From assembly GCA_002104905.1 (NCBI GenBank), contig MCFE01000605.1, positions 1-53,886 on the forward strand: DNA of 53,886 bases, given 5' to 3'. The translations under genes were made by a program, and so were the position numbers. This stretch comes from Basidiobolus meristosporus CBS 931.73 (taxonomy: Eukaryota; Fungi; Basidiobolomycota). The notes under the pieces were generated by a model. It saw only the letters and a list, made by a program, of their open reading frames with translations, did not search any database and was not told the DNA's origin. Below, piece after piece: positions 1-11,839 of the stretch; position 1 is the first letter of the stretch; every line of letters starts with the position of its first letter.

Positions 1-2513
1 GCAATGGAGGCAACGGCGGTGGCTGTGGCGGCGGCAATGGAGGCAACGGCAGTGGGAGGAAACGGCGGCGGCAATGGAGGAAATGGCGGCGGTAATGGAG
101 GCAACGGTGGTGGCAACGGAGGAAATGGTGGTGGTAATGGGGGGAATGGCGGAGGAGGTTCATGCAATGACATTGTCGCAAAGCTGAATGTCCTGGGAGT
201 TCCAGTCGATGCTAATGTTTGTCTTGGTGGTGGCGGGGGTGGCAACCCTGGTGGAGTCACACCGCCGACCTCGGGAGGTAATAGCTGCCCTGATGTTGTG
301 GCTGACGCCAATATTTTGGGAATCAAGGTCAACGCCAATGTTTGTCTCGGTGGTGGTAACAATGGCGGTAACAACGGTGGAAAAACGGTGGCAACAATGG
401 CGGTAATAACGGCGGAAATAATGGTGGTAATAATGGTGGCAATTCATGCCCCGACATCGTGGCCAAATTGAATGTCCTCGGCATCAAGGTGGATGCTAAC
501 GTATGCTTAGGAGGAGGAGGTGGTGGTAGTAATGGCGGAGGAAAGGTGGAGGAAACGGAGGAAACAACGGAAACCCACCACTCTCCGGGGGAAGTAGTTG
601 CCCTGACATTGTTGCTGATGCCAACATCCTAGGAATCAAGGTGAACGCTAACGTCTGCTTAGGCGGAGGAAGTGGTGGCGGAAATGGCGGCAACAATGGA
701 GGCAATAACGGCGGCAACAATGGTGGTAATAATGGAGGAAACGGAGCCACCTGCCCCGATATCGTTGCCAAGGTCAAGCTTCTTGGTATCAATGTTGATG
801 CCAGCATTTGCTTGAGCGGAGGAAACAACGGACCCAACGCCCCACCGCTCTCGGGTGGAAGTAGCTGCCCAGATATCATTGCGGATGCCAACCTACTAGG
901 CATCAAGATCAATGCCAGTGTTTTGCTTGGGTGGAGGTAACGGTGGTAACAATGGCGGCAACAACAATGGAAATAATGGTGGTAATAATGGGGGAAGTGG
1001 AGCCACCTGCCCTGATATTGTTGCTAAGGTCAATCTTCTTGGTATCAAGGCCGATGCCAATGTCTGCTTGAGTGGTGGAAACAATGGACCCAACGCTCCA
1101 CCACTCTCAGGTGGAAGTAGCTGCCCAGATATCGTTGCTGATGCCAACATCCTAGGTATCAAGGTGAACGCTAATGTCTGCCTAGGCGGAGGAAGCGGTG
1201 GCGGAAACGGTGGTAATAATGGCGGTAACAACGGAGGTAATAATGGAGGAAACGGGGCCACCTGCCCTGATATCGTTGCCAAGGTCAATCTTCTTGGTAT
1301 CAAGGTCGATGCCAATGTCTGCTTGAGCGGCGGAAACAATGGACCCAACGCTCCACCACTATCCGGTGGAAGTAGCTGCCCAGATATAGTTGCTGATGCC
1401 AATCTGCTAGGCATCAAGATCAATGCCAGCGTCTGTTTGGGTGGTGGTAATGGAGGAAACAATGGGGGTAATAACGGTGGTAATAATGGCGGAAACAACG
1501 GTGGAAATGGGGCCACCTGCCCTGATATTGTTGCCAAGGTCAACCTCCTTGGTGTCAAGGTCGATGCCAATGTCTGCTTGAGCGGTAGAAACAATGGACC
1601 CAATGCTCCACCACTATCAGGTGGAAGTAGCTGCCCCGATATTGTTGCCGACGCTAATCTGCTAGGCATCAAGATCAATGCAAGCGTCTGTTTGGGTGGT
1701 GGAAATGGAGGAAATAACGGCGGTAACAATGGAGGCAACAACGGTGGGAATAATGGAGGAAGCGGAACCACCTGCCCTGATATTATTGCCAAGGTCAATC
1801 TTCTTGGTATCAAGGTCGATGCCAACGTCTGCTTGAGTGGAAGAAATAATGGACCTAACGCTCCACCACTATCAGGTGGAAGTAGCTGCCCTGATGTTGT
1901 TGCCGACGCCAATCTATTGGGTATCAAGGTTAATGCCAATATCTGCTTGGGCGGAGGTAGAGGTGGCAATAATGGTGGTAATAATGGGGGTAATAACGGT
2001 GGTAATAATGGAGGAAGCGGAACCACCTGCCCTGATATCGTTGCTAAGGTCAAGCTTCTTGGTATCAATGTTGATGCAAGCATTTGCTTAAGTGGAAGAA
2101 ACAACGGACCCAATGCGCCACCACTCTCCGGAGGAAGCAGCTGCCCAGATATCGTTGCCGATGCTAACCTATTGGGTATCAAGGTGAATGCCAGGGTCTG
2201 TCTAAGCGGCGGAAATGGTGGCAATAACGGTGGTAATAATGGAGGTAACAACGGAGGAAACAACGGAGGAAACAACGGAGGTGGCAACTCCCCAGCCACT
2301 GGGTGCCCCGATATCACCGCCAGGCTCGTTGCAGGAGGAATTCGCGCCAATGCATTTGTCTGCTTGAGTGACTCGTCATCCCCCAGACCCAATCCCACCG
2401 ATGGCTCAGGTGGCAACACAAGAGCATGCAACGGTATCAGAGCCCGTGTCGATGCTCTCGGCATCCAAGTCAGAGCAATCATCTGCCTCCCACGTATTGA
2501 AATTCGCATCTAG
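1..2513 (+). CDS. Gly/Asn-rich Cys-x18-Cys repeat protein, copy 1 (5' end outside window; four 1-nt indels in the first 930 bp)
   Basis: ORFs 4..471, 641..940 and 912..2513 join into one reading frame after indels at ~54-56, ~381-385, ~544 and 921-924. It has 8 A/B module pairs (CPDIVAKVNLLGIKVDANVCL / CPDIVADANLLGIKINASVCL) plus two terminal modules and ends PRIEIRI*. Collinear with 3023..4564. Confidence 0.85.
752..2282 (+). repeat. 255-bp (85-codon) coding tandem repeat
   Basis: The first Cys codon of successive A modules lies at 752, 1008, 1263, 1518, 1773 and 2028. The spacing is 255 bp, or 256 across the 921-924 insertion. Confidence 0.95.
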
Positions 2514-2571
2514 ATAGGCTTTCATTGCTTCGATATTATTTCTGGGTGATGCCACTAAGAACAAAATCATG

Positions 2572-2577
2572 AATAAA
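2572..2577 (+). terminator. putative polyadenylation signal of copy 1
   Basis: AATAAA ~60 bp after the stop codon; a short motif, supported by position only. Confidence 0.45.
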
Positions 2578-2900
2578 CTGCATTACTCCTAACCATATCA
2601 AAAGACCGCTCCCTATATCTGTCGAGATGCGAATGAAGTGAGAGAAAGTAAAGCGATGCATCATCCAAGGGATTGCTTCCAATCTGCATTAGCTCCTTAA
2701 GGTTAAGTGCCGTTCATGATGGATTGGAACCAACGTGACCATGCGTGGTGATCATTCTTAGGAGCATCAAAAGCGCTCCAGAGGGAAAGAAAGGGGCGGC
2801 GGCAATTTCGAGCCAAATTTAAGTATGTCTATCCTAATATCTGCAGTGTTCCTAGAGTGTACATCGAATGATCCCGGAGCTTAAGGGGTTCGTGGCTCTC

Positions 2901-2907
2901 TATAAAT
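2901..2907 (+). promoter_or_regulatory. putative TATA box of copy 2
   Basis: TATAAAT ~120 bp upstream of the ATG at 3023. Confidence 0.55.
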
Positions 2908-3022
2908 GCCGTGAAGAACTGACCCAAAAGTATCATTCCAGCATATCTCAATTGGTGCCTTCATTATTCTACTTAATTCTATATCATAGAGGCCCTTATA
3001 TCATCTTTGTACTTACAATAAT

Positions 3023-4564
3023 ATGAAATTCTCGTCCAAGGCTTTAATATTCTTTGCGGCTATTTCCTCCCTAGGATTAGCCTCAGCTGCTCCGCCTCAT
3101 TATCGTGGTAACAATGGCGGAGGAAACGGCGGCGGCGGTGGTGGGGGTGGTAACGGTGGTGGCAATGGTGGTGGCAACGGCGGTGGCAACGGTGGAGGTA
3201 ATGGTGGTGGTAATGGAGGAGGCAACGGCGGAGGCAATGGTGGTGGTAACGGTGGAGGAAATGGTGGAGGCGGAGGAGGCGGTGGTAGTGGCCCTTGCAA
3301 TGATATTGTCGCGAAGCTGAATGTCTTAGGAGTTCCAGTGGATGCTAATGTGTGTCTTGGTGGTGGTGGCGGCGGCGGCGGCGGAAATCCCCCCATTTCT
3401 GGTGGTAATAGCTGCCCTGATATCGTTGCCGATGCAAATATTCTGGGAATCAAGGTCAACGCCAATGTTTGTCTCGGTGGCGGAGGTGGTGGTGGTGGTG
3501 GCGGAGGAAATGGTGGAAATAATGGCGGCAATAACGGAGGTAATAATGGTGGCAACAATGGCGGCAACCCATGCTCCGACATCGTGGCCAAATTGAATGT
3601 CCTCGGCATCAAGGTGGATGCTAATGTGTGCTTGGGAGGAGGAGGTGGTGGAGGAGGCGGAGGAAGTCCACCACTCTCAGGTGGCAGCAGCTGCCCTGAT
3701 ATTGTTGCTGACGCCAATATCCTAGGAATCAAGGTGAACGCCAACGTTTGCTTAGGTGGTGGTGGTGGCGGTGGCGGAAACGGCGGCAATAATGGTGGTA
3801 ACAACGGTGGTAACAATGGTGGTAATAATGGAGGAAACGGAGCCACCTGCCCCGATATCGTTGCCAAAGTCAAGCTTCTTGGTATCAATGTTGATGCCAG
3901 CATTTGCTTGAGCGGAGGAAACAACGGACCCAACGCCCCACCACTCTCAGGTGGAAGTAGCTGCCCTGATATTGTTGCCGACGCCAATCTATTGGGTATC
4001 AAGGTTAATGCTAGTGTCTGTTTGGGTGGTGGTAGCGGAGGCAACAATGGTGGAAACAACGGCGGCAATAATGGAGGAAACGGAGCCACCTGCCCTGATA
4101 TCGTTGCTAAGGTCAAGCTTCTTGGTATCAATGTTGATGCAAGCATTTGCTTGAGCGGAGGAAACAATGGACCCAACGCTCCCCCACTCTCCGGAGGAAA
4201 CAGCTGCCCAGATATCGTTGCCGATGCTAACCTATTGGGTATCAAGGTGAATGCCAGTGTCTGTCTAAGCGGCGGAAATGGTGGCAATAACGGTGGCAAT
4301 AATGGAGGTAACAACGGAGGAAACAACGGAGGTGGCAACTCCCCAGCCACTGGGTGCCCCGATATCACCGCCAGGCTCGTTGCTGGAGGAATTCGCGCCA
4401 ATGCATTTGTCTGCTTGAGCGACTCATCATCCCCCAGACCCAATCCCACCGATGGCTCAGGTAGTAACACAAGAGCATGCAACGGTATCAGAGCCCGTGT
4501 CGATGCTCTCGGCATCCAAGTCAGAGCAATCATCTGCCTCCCCCGCATCCAGATCCGAATCTAA
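3023..4564 (+). CDS. secreted Gly/Asn-rich Cys-x18-Cys repeat protein, copy 2 (513 aa, intact)
   Basis: Uninterrupted ORF with signal-peptide-like MKFSSKALIFFAAISSLGLASA, (GGGN)n/(GGNN)n linkers, 10 two-Cys modules and C-terminus PRIQIRI*. Confidence 0.95.
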   Translation: MKFSSKALIFFAAISSLGLASAAPPHYRGNNGGGNGGGGGGGGNGGGNGGGNGGGNGGGNGGGNGGGNGGGNGGGNGGGNGGGGGGGGSGPCNDIVAKLNVLGVPVDANVCLGGGGGGGGGNPPISGGNSCPDIVADANILGIKVNANVCLGGGGGGGGGGGNGGNNGGNNGGNNGGNNGGNPCSDIVAKLNVLGIKVDANVCLGGGGGGGGGGSPPLSGGSSCPDIVADANILGIKVNANVCLGGGGGGGGNGGNNGGNNGGNNGGNNGGNGATCPDIVAKVKLLGINVDASICLSGGNNGPNAPPLSGGSSCPDIVADANLLGIKVNASVCLGGGSGGNNGGNNGGNNGGNGATCPDIVAKVKLLGINVDASICLSGGNNGPNAPPLSGGNSCPDIVADANLLGIKVNASVCLSGGNGGNNGGNNGGNNGGNNGGGNSPATGCPDITARLVAGGIRANAFVCLSDSSSPRPNPTDGSGSNTRACNGIRARVDALGIQVRAIICLPRIQIRI

Positions 4565-4645
4565 TCATCAGCCTTCACGAGCACATCTATCGATTATTTA
4601 TTTCCCCAATACCCAATATTTTTAGCATTGAACCATTTTTATGCT

Positions 4646-4651
4646 AATAAA
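4646..4651 (+). terminator. putative polyadenylation signal of copy 2
   Basis: AATAAA ~80 bp after the stop codon, in AT-rich sequence. Confidence 0.45.
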
Positions 4652-5349
4652 ATAATCTTGGATAATTATCTTGATGCATGAAGTACTGCGTGTCTGGTGG
4701 TTGAGTAATAATACAGTGTAGCCCACCTATATTGAGCTTAAAAGGATGCAGGAATGCTCTAACATCTTAGGAGATAGAGATCGATCCACAGCATCCTAAA
4801 TTTCATGCATCCAGGACAAATATGCATTGCATCTAGCCAAATATTCACTTGAACTTGATATCGTAGCGAATCTTTTTTTGACTCCTGCAAAGCAAACTGT
4901 ACCAAGTGGTGTGTACTTCATACAAACTTTTGGCGTCCTTAATCCCATTTTCAGGTAACAGATCCTTGCTTTTTATATTACTTACGCACACTACCTGGTA
5001 AGAGATGTGAATATAGATGGCTTCGTACATCCCTATTAGTATCAAAGTGTAAGTCACTGGTGGCTGGTATGCCTAAGAAGCAAATATCCTACAAAATGTA
5101 AATGGTGGGAGAATACTTGAAATGGGCAAGATAAGCATATGATCTCTCCCTCAAGTAGAAAGGTATCAAAGTGAGCAAAAATGAACCTGTGGGTACAGTG
5201 GCTACCAACTAGTTATATGCACCATCATAATCTCTCATGATTTTTAAAGCCCTGCATATAGCTATAGGAAGTCAAATTTCCAATTGGGTTAATGTATTGT
5301 AGGAAATACATGAATATCAGAAACCACTGCAAAAGCAAATATACAGGCC

Positions 5350-6150
5350 AACCCAAATAGCACTTCAAATCCCCTATGGGATCTTGTAGCCAGTGGCAAG
5401 CCAAAGGATGCAGTGTACAGATGTTTGGAATGACAAGCTAAAGGCTGCTGCTGGTCTATGCTGCCACTTCAAAGATAGATAATAACTTTGGCTATTACAG
5501 TTCTGGAGCAGGAATGATACAGAGCAAAGCAGCATTGGTGCTTTGCTGATCTCTCTCAATAGCTCCAAGCAACAAATGAATGCCAAGATTACCAGAAAAT
5601 AAAAATTACTGTCCTAATAGTCTTACTGTTGGTTAGATGATACAATGGCCACATACTAAGTATGCTTGCTTAGCTGTGGCAAGCTGCCAATCAAAATCTC
5701 TTATCCTTACAAAGCTTATGCTTACTATGTTGGTAATGACCACCTGAGAGTGAGTAGGCCAAGCTTATGGATAATATGCTATTTGTAGATATAGGAGTGA
5801 AGGCAGGGAGAGGCTTTTTTCTGTGCATCAGCAATCAGAAGTTGGGGGAGAGCCCTAGGCTTAGCATACTTGATGTAGGATGTGGTGTGGCTAAAAGATA
5901 TCTTAAGTCATAACCAAGCATACTGTATATCACTGATAATACTGGACCAGAGTATAAAAGCAAGCTCTGAGTTATGCTCCACTAATGCAATAGTAGCTGC
6001 AGAAGCAGTTTATGAGATATGGTGCCACTTTTTTAGGTGTTTGTGAAGTCAAATCAAGTTTAATACTTCAGCCAAATAAAGCTCTTCTATAATCTGATTG
6101 GAAATGATATAACATGAGGAGTAACAATGGCTCTGACTTTCAAAGGCCAT
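5350..6150 (+). mobile_element. possible highly decayed KDZ (Kyakuja-Dileera-Zisupton) transposase remnant
   Basis: Broken frames give WLDDTM..VC, then MLFVDIGVKAGRGFF..KLGE...SILDVGC, then MLH*CNSSCR. The order resembles KDZ DxTG..C.H / LF.D...GE / LYDIGC / H..H..CQ. Weak match by eye. Confidence 0.35.
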
Positions 6151-6204
6151 TGCCAATAATGACTTAGTCATTGAGAAAAGTGCATAAAACTATGAAAAAA
6201 AAAT

Positions 6205-7590
6205 TGGTCCTATAGGTGAATGCAATCCAAATCAGCCATTAGGATCACACAAAGAGACCATCATAATTCCAGCAGCTTGGCATCATTGACCCTCTGTACA
6301 TTCTTATGATGGATTGTGACAGCATCTTGTTGCTTTTACCACAGATAAAATAATAAACTTGATGATATCTGAATGGTTTTTTGGCAAGACTTGAATGGCT
6401 CTTTGTTGGTCTTAATGTCATCTACACTTATTTGAGCAGACCTAACCTGTCAATACATGCAATTCCCTTATACAGCAAAAAGCTTCACAGATTCTTGACA
6501 ACCTTGATGTGGACCTCTGTTGGCTTTATCACACCAGTACAGCAGCCTAGAGCTAGTCCTTTATAATACAATTGTGCCAATTTACCAAACAGTATGAGCT
6601 TTTGCTACCTCCCCTTGTGCCATACATATATCCCACTGTAGATTCACCCCGCTTTAGATCCTTACCCACAATAACCAAGGATATTCCATATAAACTTCAA
6701 ATAAAAAAAAACTATGGCCCCCTCCTTACACACCTCAGCCTACACACACCCCTGCTGCAATTGCAACACTTCTTTCACCTGAACTTTACATCTTCTCAAT
6801 GTGACAATTGTAAAGCTGTCATATATCTTGTGCTGATTATGGCATATACATCTTGCACACATATACTTGACTGCTGTCACATTTACCACAAATACCTCAT
6901 GAATATACACAAGATACCTTTTAGTACTTGGCCACTCTATTCCATTTCCCTACTGGAATCTAGTCCCCCTTATATGTGTGCTCAGTTCTTGCTTGTCTGA
7001 ATTCCATATTGAAGTGTGTAGAAACTGCTTTGTACCTAACAGAAACAACGGTTTGGTAAGGCTATCCTAATAGAAGTTAGCTACTGGTTATGTACAACTA
7101 AACCCTCCATTTCTTAACTGTTTACCTATGCATTGGGGTTACTAAGCTTCTTAACAACAAAGGCATTGGTGTATCCATGTGTACACCTGTCCACAGTATT
7201 TTCCAACCCTGCCAGGCTGTCCTCCATATGCCAGCCCATCACATCCATGACAGACTCAAAGGTAAGATTTTTATGAGATTGGGACATGGCAGTACTAGCC
7301 ACTGGACTGATTGTCCTATCTCCCCTACATAGACTCCATAGGAGACTCCCAAAAGGTGAAGCAAAGCCCAATATTCTCCACACATGGGGCAAGATGGAGT
7401 AGAGAATGGATACAGTAGTGGCAAGGATCTACATGTTGAGCTTTAAGCTTGTAGTTTAGCCATTTAAATCACATCACAAACTCCACATATAGAAGCTACA
7501 GATATACCAAACTGGCCTTGGTAAACAACTTTTTGATAAGTATTCCTGTAATATCAATATATGACTCACAATACTTCCAATGTATTGTAT
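6205..7590 (-). mobile_element. CACTA/EnSpm transposase remnant (C-terminal, DUF4218-like part)
   Basis: Alignable by eye to 14590-15990 and 45065-46440; encodes the decayed H.LLH...NIG.....W..PME motif region. Confidence 0.7.
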
Positions 7591-8700
7591 AACCATACAT
7601 GCTGACCTGATACACAGCACTCTTGTGAAAGAGGTTACATAGATTGGGTTAACATGTGCTGGCATGTTGGTAGTGTAATGCTTGGTAGCGACTCCAGTAA
7701 AGCATGCTGCCACAACCTTCATGCATTTGCTCAAAGCCTGTATTCTTTTTCTTGAAGCTCACCTACTAATACTTCAAGGTACTCACTCACCCTTTATCTG
7801 ATACTCTAAAACTGTTGCCTTGATGAGTCATGGGTAAACTGCTCTTGCAGGCCACTTTTCTTTACTAGTATATCATGTAGTACATTTGTCATTGGAGGCA
7901 TAAACCTGATCACAATCTCCTTAGTTACAAAAGTTGAGGTACAAACATATGCGTCTGGTCAGCACTGTCTAAACTGTGTGTAGAATTGTTTTCATATTGC
8001 TTCATCATAAAATTCACTCACTCTCTGCTCATTCTTGCTTTCAATACTTGTCTTGTTATATGTCTTACATACATTTGCTGGCATATTGTTCTGGTACTCA
8101 TGCCACAGCTTTCTACTGCAATTCTTCCATCACTGTTGACTCTCTGGGGTTTCCAGCTCAGCTAGATTAATGGGTATTGCCCAAATAGCTATATGAAGGC
8201 TCATCATAGACACTTGGGCCATAATGAAACTATTTGGCAAAGACTCAAAGATATCCAACCTTGATATGTCTGGTCCTGTCTGTGGATGTGAGCTGGGGGG
8301 TGGGTTTTGTCTGGGTTGCACTAAAGATGGGTTGAGACTTGGCATATGGACTATAGTGACTGATGTGGATACTTATATAGTAATATATTGGCCTCAACCT
8401 GGTCCCATATCAAATATATATAAAAACTAATGTGATTATTTAATTTCTCAAACACCATATGATATCTGCAACTGCATCAATGTGATTAGATTACATAAGC
8501 TACAGATTTCTTGTTTGATTATAATGATGTGACTTACTCTTGTTACAATCACTAATTCATTGCTTAATGACAATTTTGCAATATATTAATGGGATAAATG
8601 GCATTTGATGCAGACTTACTCATAGTGAATAGAGAAAATAATTAAATTAGACATATGGTGCCAAACTACATTAACATAATCCCATCTGATCACTTAAAAG
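7580..8700 (-). mobile_element. PIF/Harbinger-like remnant copy 1 (Myb/SANT-like ORF region)
   Basis: Homologous to 19530-20560. The minus strand reads WKNCSRKLWHEYQNNMPANVCKTYNK. Confidence 0.55.
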
Positions 8701-8923
8701 TTGCAATATTAATTGCTTGTCTGAACAGTCTTTTCTTGTCAGTCCTTTAAACACCACCATAACTCCTTTGGACATATTACAGGAGAATGACACCAAGCAC
8801 TGTGGACCATCTACCTTAATCCACTCGAGGAGATGCCTTGTTGAGCATCTCAATAATTAAAAGAACTATTACCCTACAAGGTTTCATCTCACCATTCATA
8901 TCGACAGAAGTCCCAACTACAAT

Positions 8924-9637
8924 AGACTTGTTCCATTGTATAGTGCCACATTGAGCCATGAGTGCCAAATGATGCCATAGTGTGCCAGGGAGGCCAAGTG
9001 AGTCTATACCTGGCCACAAAGTGTGAAACATAGCTCTGCATCCTCATGCAAAGCAGCCCCTGTGTTTCACCCATTGTACCAGAGAAAATCAATTTTTGGA
9101 CCTGTTTTTTTGGATCTATGTTGTGCAGGATGTGTAAGAGCACCGAAGACCTAAAAACATGCAACTGGTACTCAATGCCTATGGCGCTATGAATCTAGCT
9201 CCTGTAGGTTGTATCATGTAACAAAAGTGCATGGCACTATCTGGCACTATATTTCAATATTAGCCCAAAAGTAAGATCTACACAAAGCACTTATAGAGCC
9301 AGATAGTACCAGTGGACCATGATAGCGCCATGCATTTTTGTGACATGTTACAAGCCACAAGAGCTAGCTTTAGAGTGCCATGGGTATTGAGTACCAGATG
9401 CATGTCTTCAGTCCTTCTGTGCTCTTACACATCACGCACAACATTGATCCAAAAAAAAGGTCCAAAAGCGGATTTTCTATAGTACAATGGGTGAAACACA
9501 GGGGCGGTTTTGCATGGAGATGCAGAGCTATGTTTCACACTCTGTGGCCAAGTACACGCTTACTTGGCCTTGCTGGCACACTATGGCATCATTTGGCATT
9601 CATGGCTTGACTTGGCACTATCCAACAGAACAAGCCT
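8924..9637. mobile_element. palindromic foldback MITE, copy R1 (complete)
   Basis: Runs AGACTTGTTC...GAACAAGCCT with ~340-bp inverted arms around a ~45-bp spacer; flanks are AAT/GAT. Confidence 0.85.
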
Positions 9638-9779
9638 GATATGTAAATGGCTTTTGATTGTGTTTCTGTCAGTTCTGTCACATTCTGATCCTGGAAACTC
9701 AATCACTTCCTACACTTATTACATTTGTTGGGTATTACCTCTTTTGCATGCTCCTTACTTTTGGACTCAACCAATGATG

Positions 9780-10740
9780 TAACTTTTAATGCACACAAAT
9801 GATTTCATTTCCATCAAATCATCAGTTTTAACTTAACTACCAATTGCGCTAACCTTTACAAGTCCCTATATCCAATAATAACATCACACTTAACCTCTCA
9901 CTCAGCAAGTAGCTCCATTAAGATCCACCATACAACAAGCTTTCCTGCAGTACTGACCTTTTTCCAAGCCTTTGACAGAGTTCTAGGGCACTATGCAATG
10001 GCTCATTCTCTGATTCTTATACATCCTGTTCTCTAGCCAGCACTAAAAGGTCTAGGTTTGCATCTGCCAGCCTTTAAAACTTATCCATGCAATGTTCCAG
10101 TATGTTCTCTTCAGTAGTGCTCTGAAAGAAGTGCAGCAACCTCATTGTGGGCTTCTTCATATGCCAAATTCACTGTAGGATTATTGATAGACCTCTAGTT
10201 TCTTGATGTTATTGCTTTGCCAGATTGTGGGAACTTCACTCTGTTTACAATGGAAGACACAGAGGCTGTAGACTTAGTATAACCTCATGAATATTAGCTC
10301 AATCTTCATCACTGTACTCAATGGCTTCACAAAATTTCAACAATATGTGATTACTAGGCTTTGGTAAAAGTATCACATTTGCTCCCCTCCATGATGTGGT
10401 AGATTTTTTGCTGGGCCTTATCTTTGGGTACTGTATTTGTGCTTCAAAGACTTTACAGTATTCAATGACTGTTACATCAAGAAAAGACTCAGTTCTCAAC
10501 TGCTACATTGAGCTACATCAGTCCATTCTTTGCAGCAAAGATACTGCATTCTCTACCTGGGATACCAATTGCTCTAAATGTGCTATCACCTCATCCTGTC
10601 TCTGAATTTTTGCTGATTTCTGTAGAGTGTTGCATCTGTCCTATTAGCTGCCAGACCTAATTGTTGCCTCCATACTTTGGTATGAGCTGACAGCACACTT
10701 GGCAGTGTTAGCGGTGGTGATATTATGACATACATTTATT
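9780..10740 (-). mobile_element. fragment of CACTA-associated accessory ORF region (family K), internally deleted
   Basis: Reverse complement aligns to 21370-21790 and 22690-23150, and directly to 48830-49300. Confidence 0.6.
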
Positions 10741-11839
10741 GGACTTCCACCAGAGTTACCACACTTGCTACATTCTCATCTGCCTGAGTATTGTGGTCAG
10801 TACGCAGCTCTGTGTTGTATCCAAGAGAAAAGTGTAATAAAACCCCTGAATGACTTAACTGAACCAAAGTGACAACCAAGTGCAGAATCTTAGAAATGTC
10901 AGAGATGGGCAGAAATAGTAGCAGAGAGGTTCTGGACTAATAATGGTCTTGTATATAGCTGGGTTTGACTATAAAGGCAACAGAGTTGGATTGCTATGCA
11001 GGTTAGGCTTAGTGTTCTTGGGAGTGCTAGTTACCCTAGGCTTGGGTAGAAACTAGAATGTAATTGTTCAGTTCTTAATTTTGCTGAGGCACAATCTTGA
11101 TGTTGTTGAGACACACCCTAAACCAAAAGGTTCAGTAAGCTTTATTTATACTTTTCTGATTAAGTTAAGCAAGTAAGCACCAAGTGACTGGATTGATTGA
11201 AGTCAGTTTGAGTGTTTATAGGTGCACAAGATAAGTGAAAGTTGCATCATTAATCAGCTGATGTCATGGCAACTCCTAAGTGGTTGGATAGATCTGTGAT
11301 GACTAATTACCTGAAAAGGCTTTGAAGATCAGGTTGAGGATGTAAGGGCCACATAAAAATTGATTAGGGGTGACAGCTAAAATAGATTTTGAAAAGTGAT
11401 AAAACAAACCATAAAGGGGATTAGTTATGTTTGGGCTAGGGAAAATCAGTTAGGGTGCATAATCTTTGAGCTTAGTAAAATTGGCCAAGTTTGAAATCTT
11501 TGATATGCAACTCTCTGCAAAGATTTCTAATAGCCTACTTCATTGATAGCCTGAGAAGTGAGCAATATTACCTTCAGGAGGCAAGGTGCTAACATAGTCT
11601 TTTTGGGATGTAGCTCTACTGGCTGTGCTAAATCTCTAAGCCAGCTATTATCTAACTGCTTCCTGCTGTTGAGTGCAGCAGGGTTTGATTGGAAACCACA
11701 AAGCTTTGCTTTAATTTTGGCTGCTTATATATAAAAGTGCATCAAACAAGAAGGTAATAGTATTACATATACATGTGTATGTAGTGCTGCAGGTTTACTT
11801 ATAGCTTAAATATGGTACTCAATAATTGAGCCAAACCAT

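Noticed and set aside
896-4548. Long Pro/Leu-rich antisense ORFs 896..2509 and 3100..4548
   Set aside because: They are mirror images of the GGN/AAY-rich sense genes, which rarely create antisense stops; there is no independent coding signal.
3023-4564. Calling the repeat proteins hydrophobins
   Set aside because: They lack the 8-Cys pattern with CC doublets; only a functional analogy is possible.
5865-5890. ILDVGCG as a SAM-methyltransferase motif I
   Set aside because: The surrounding frame is full of stops, shows no other methyltransferase motifs, and fits a transposase YDIGC-like motif at least as well.
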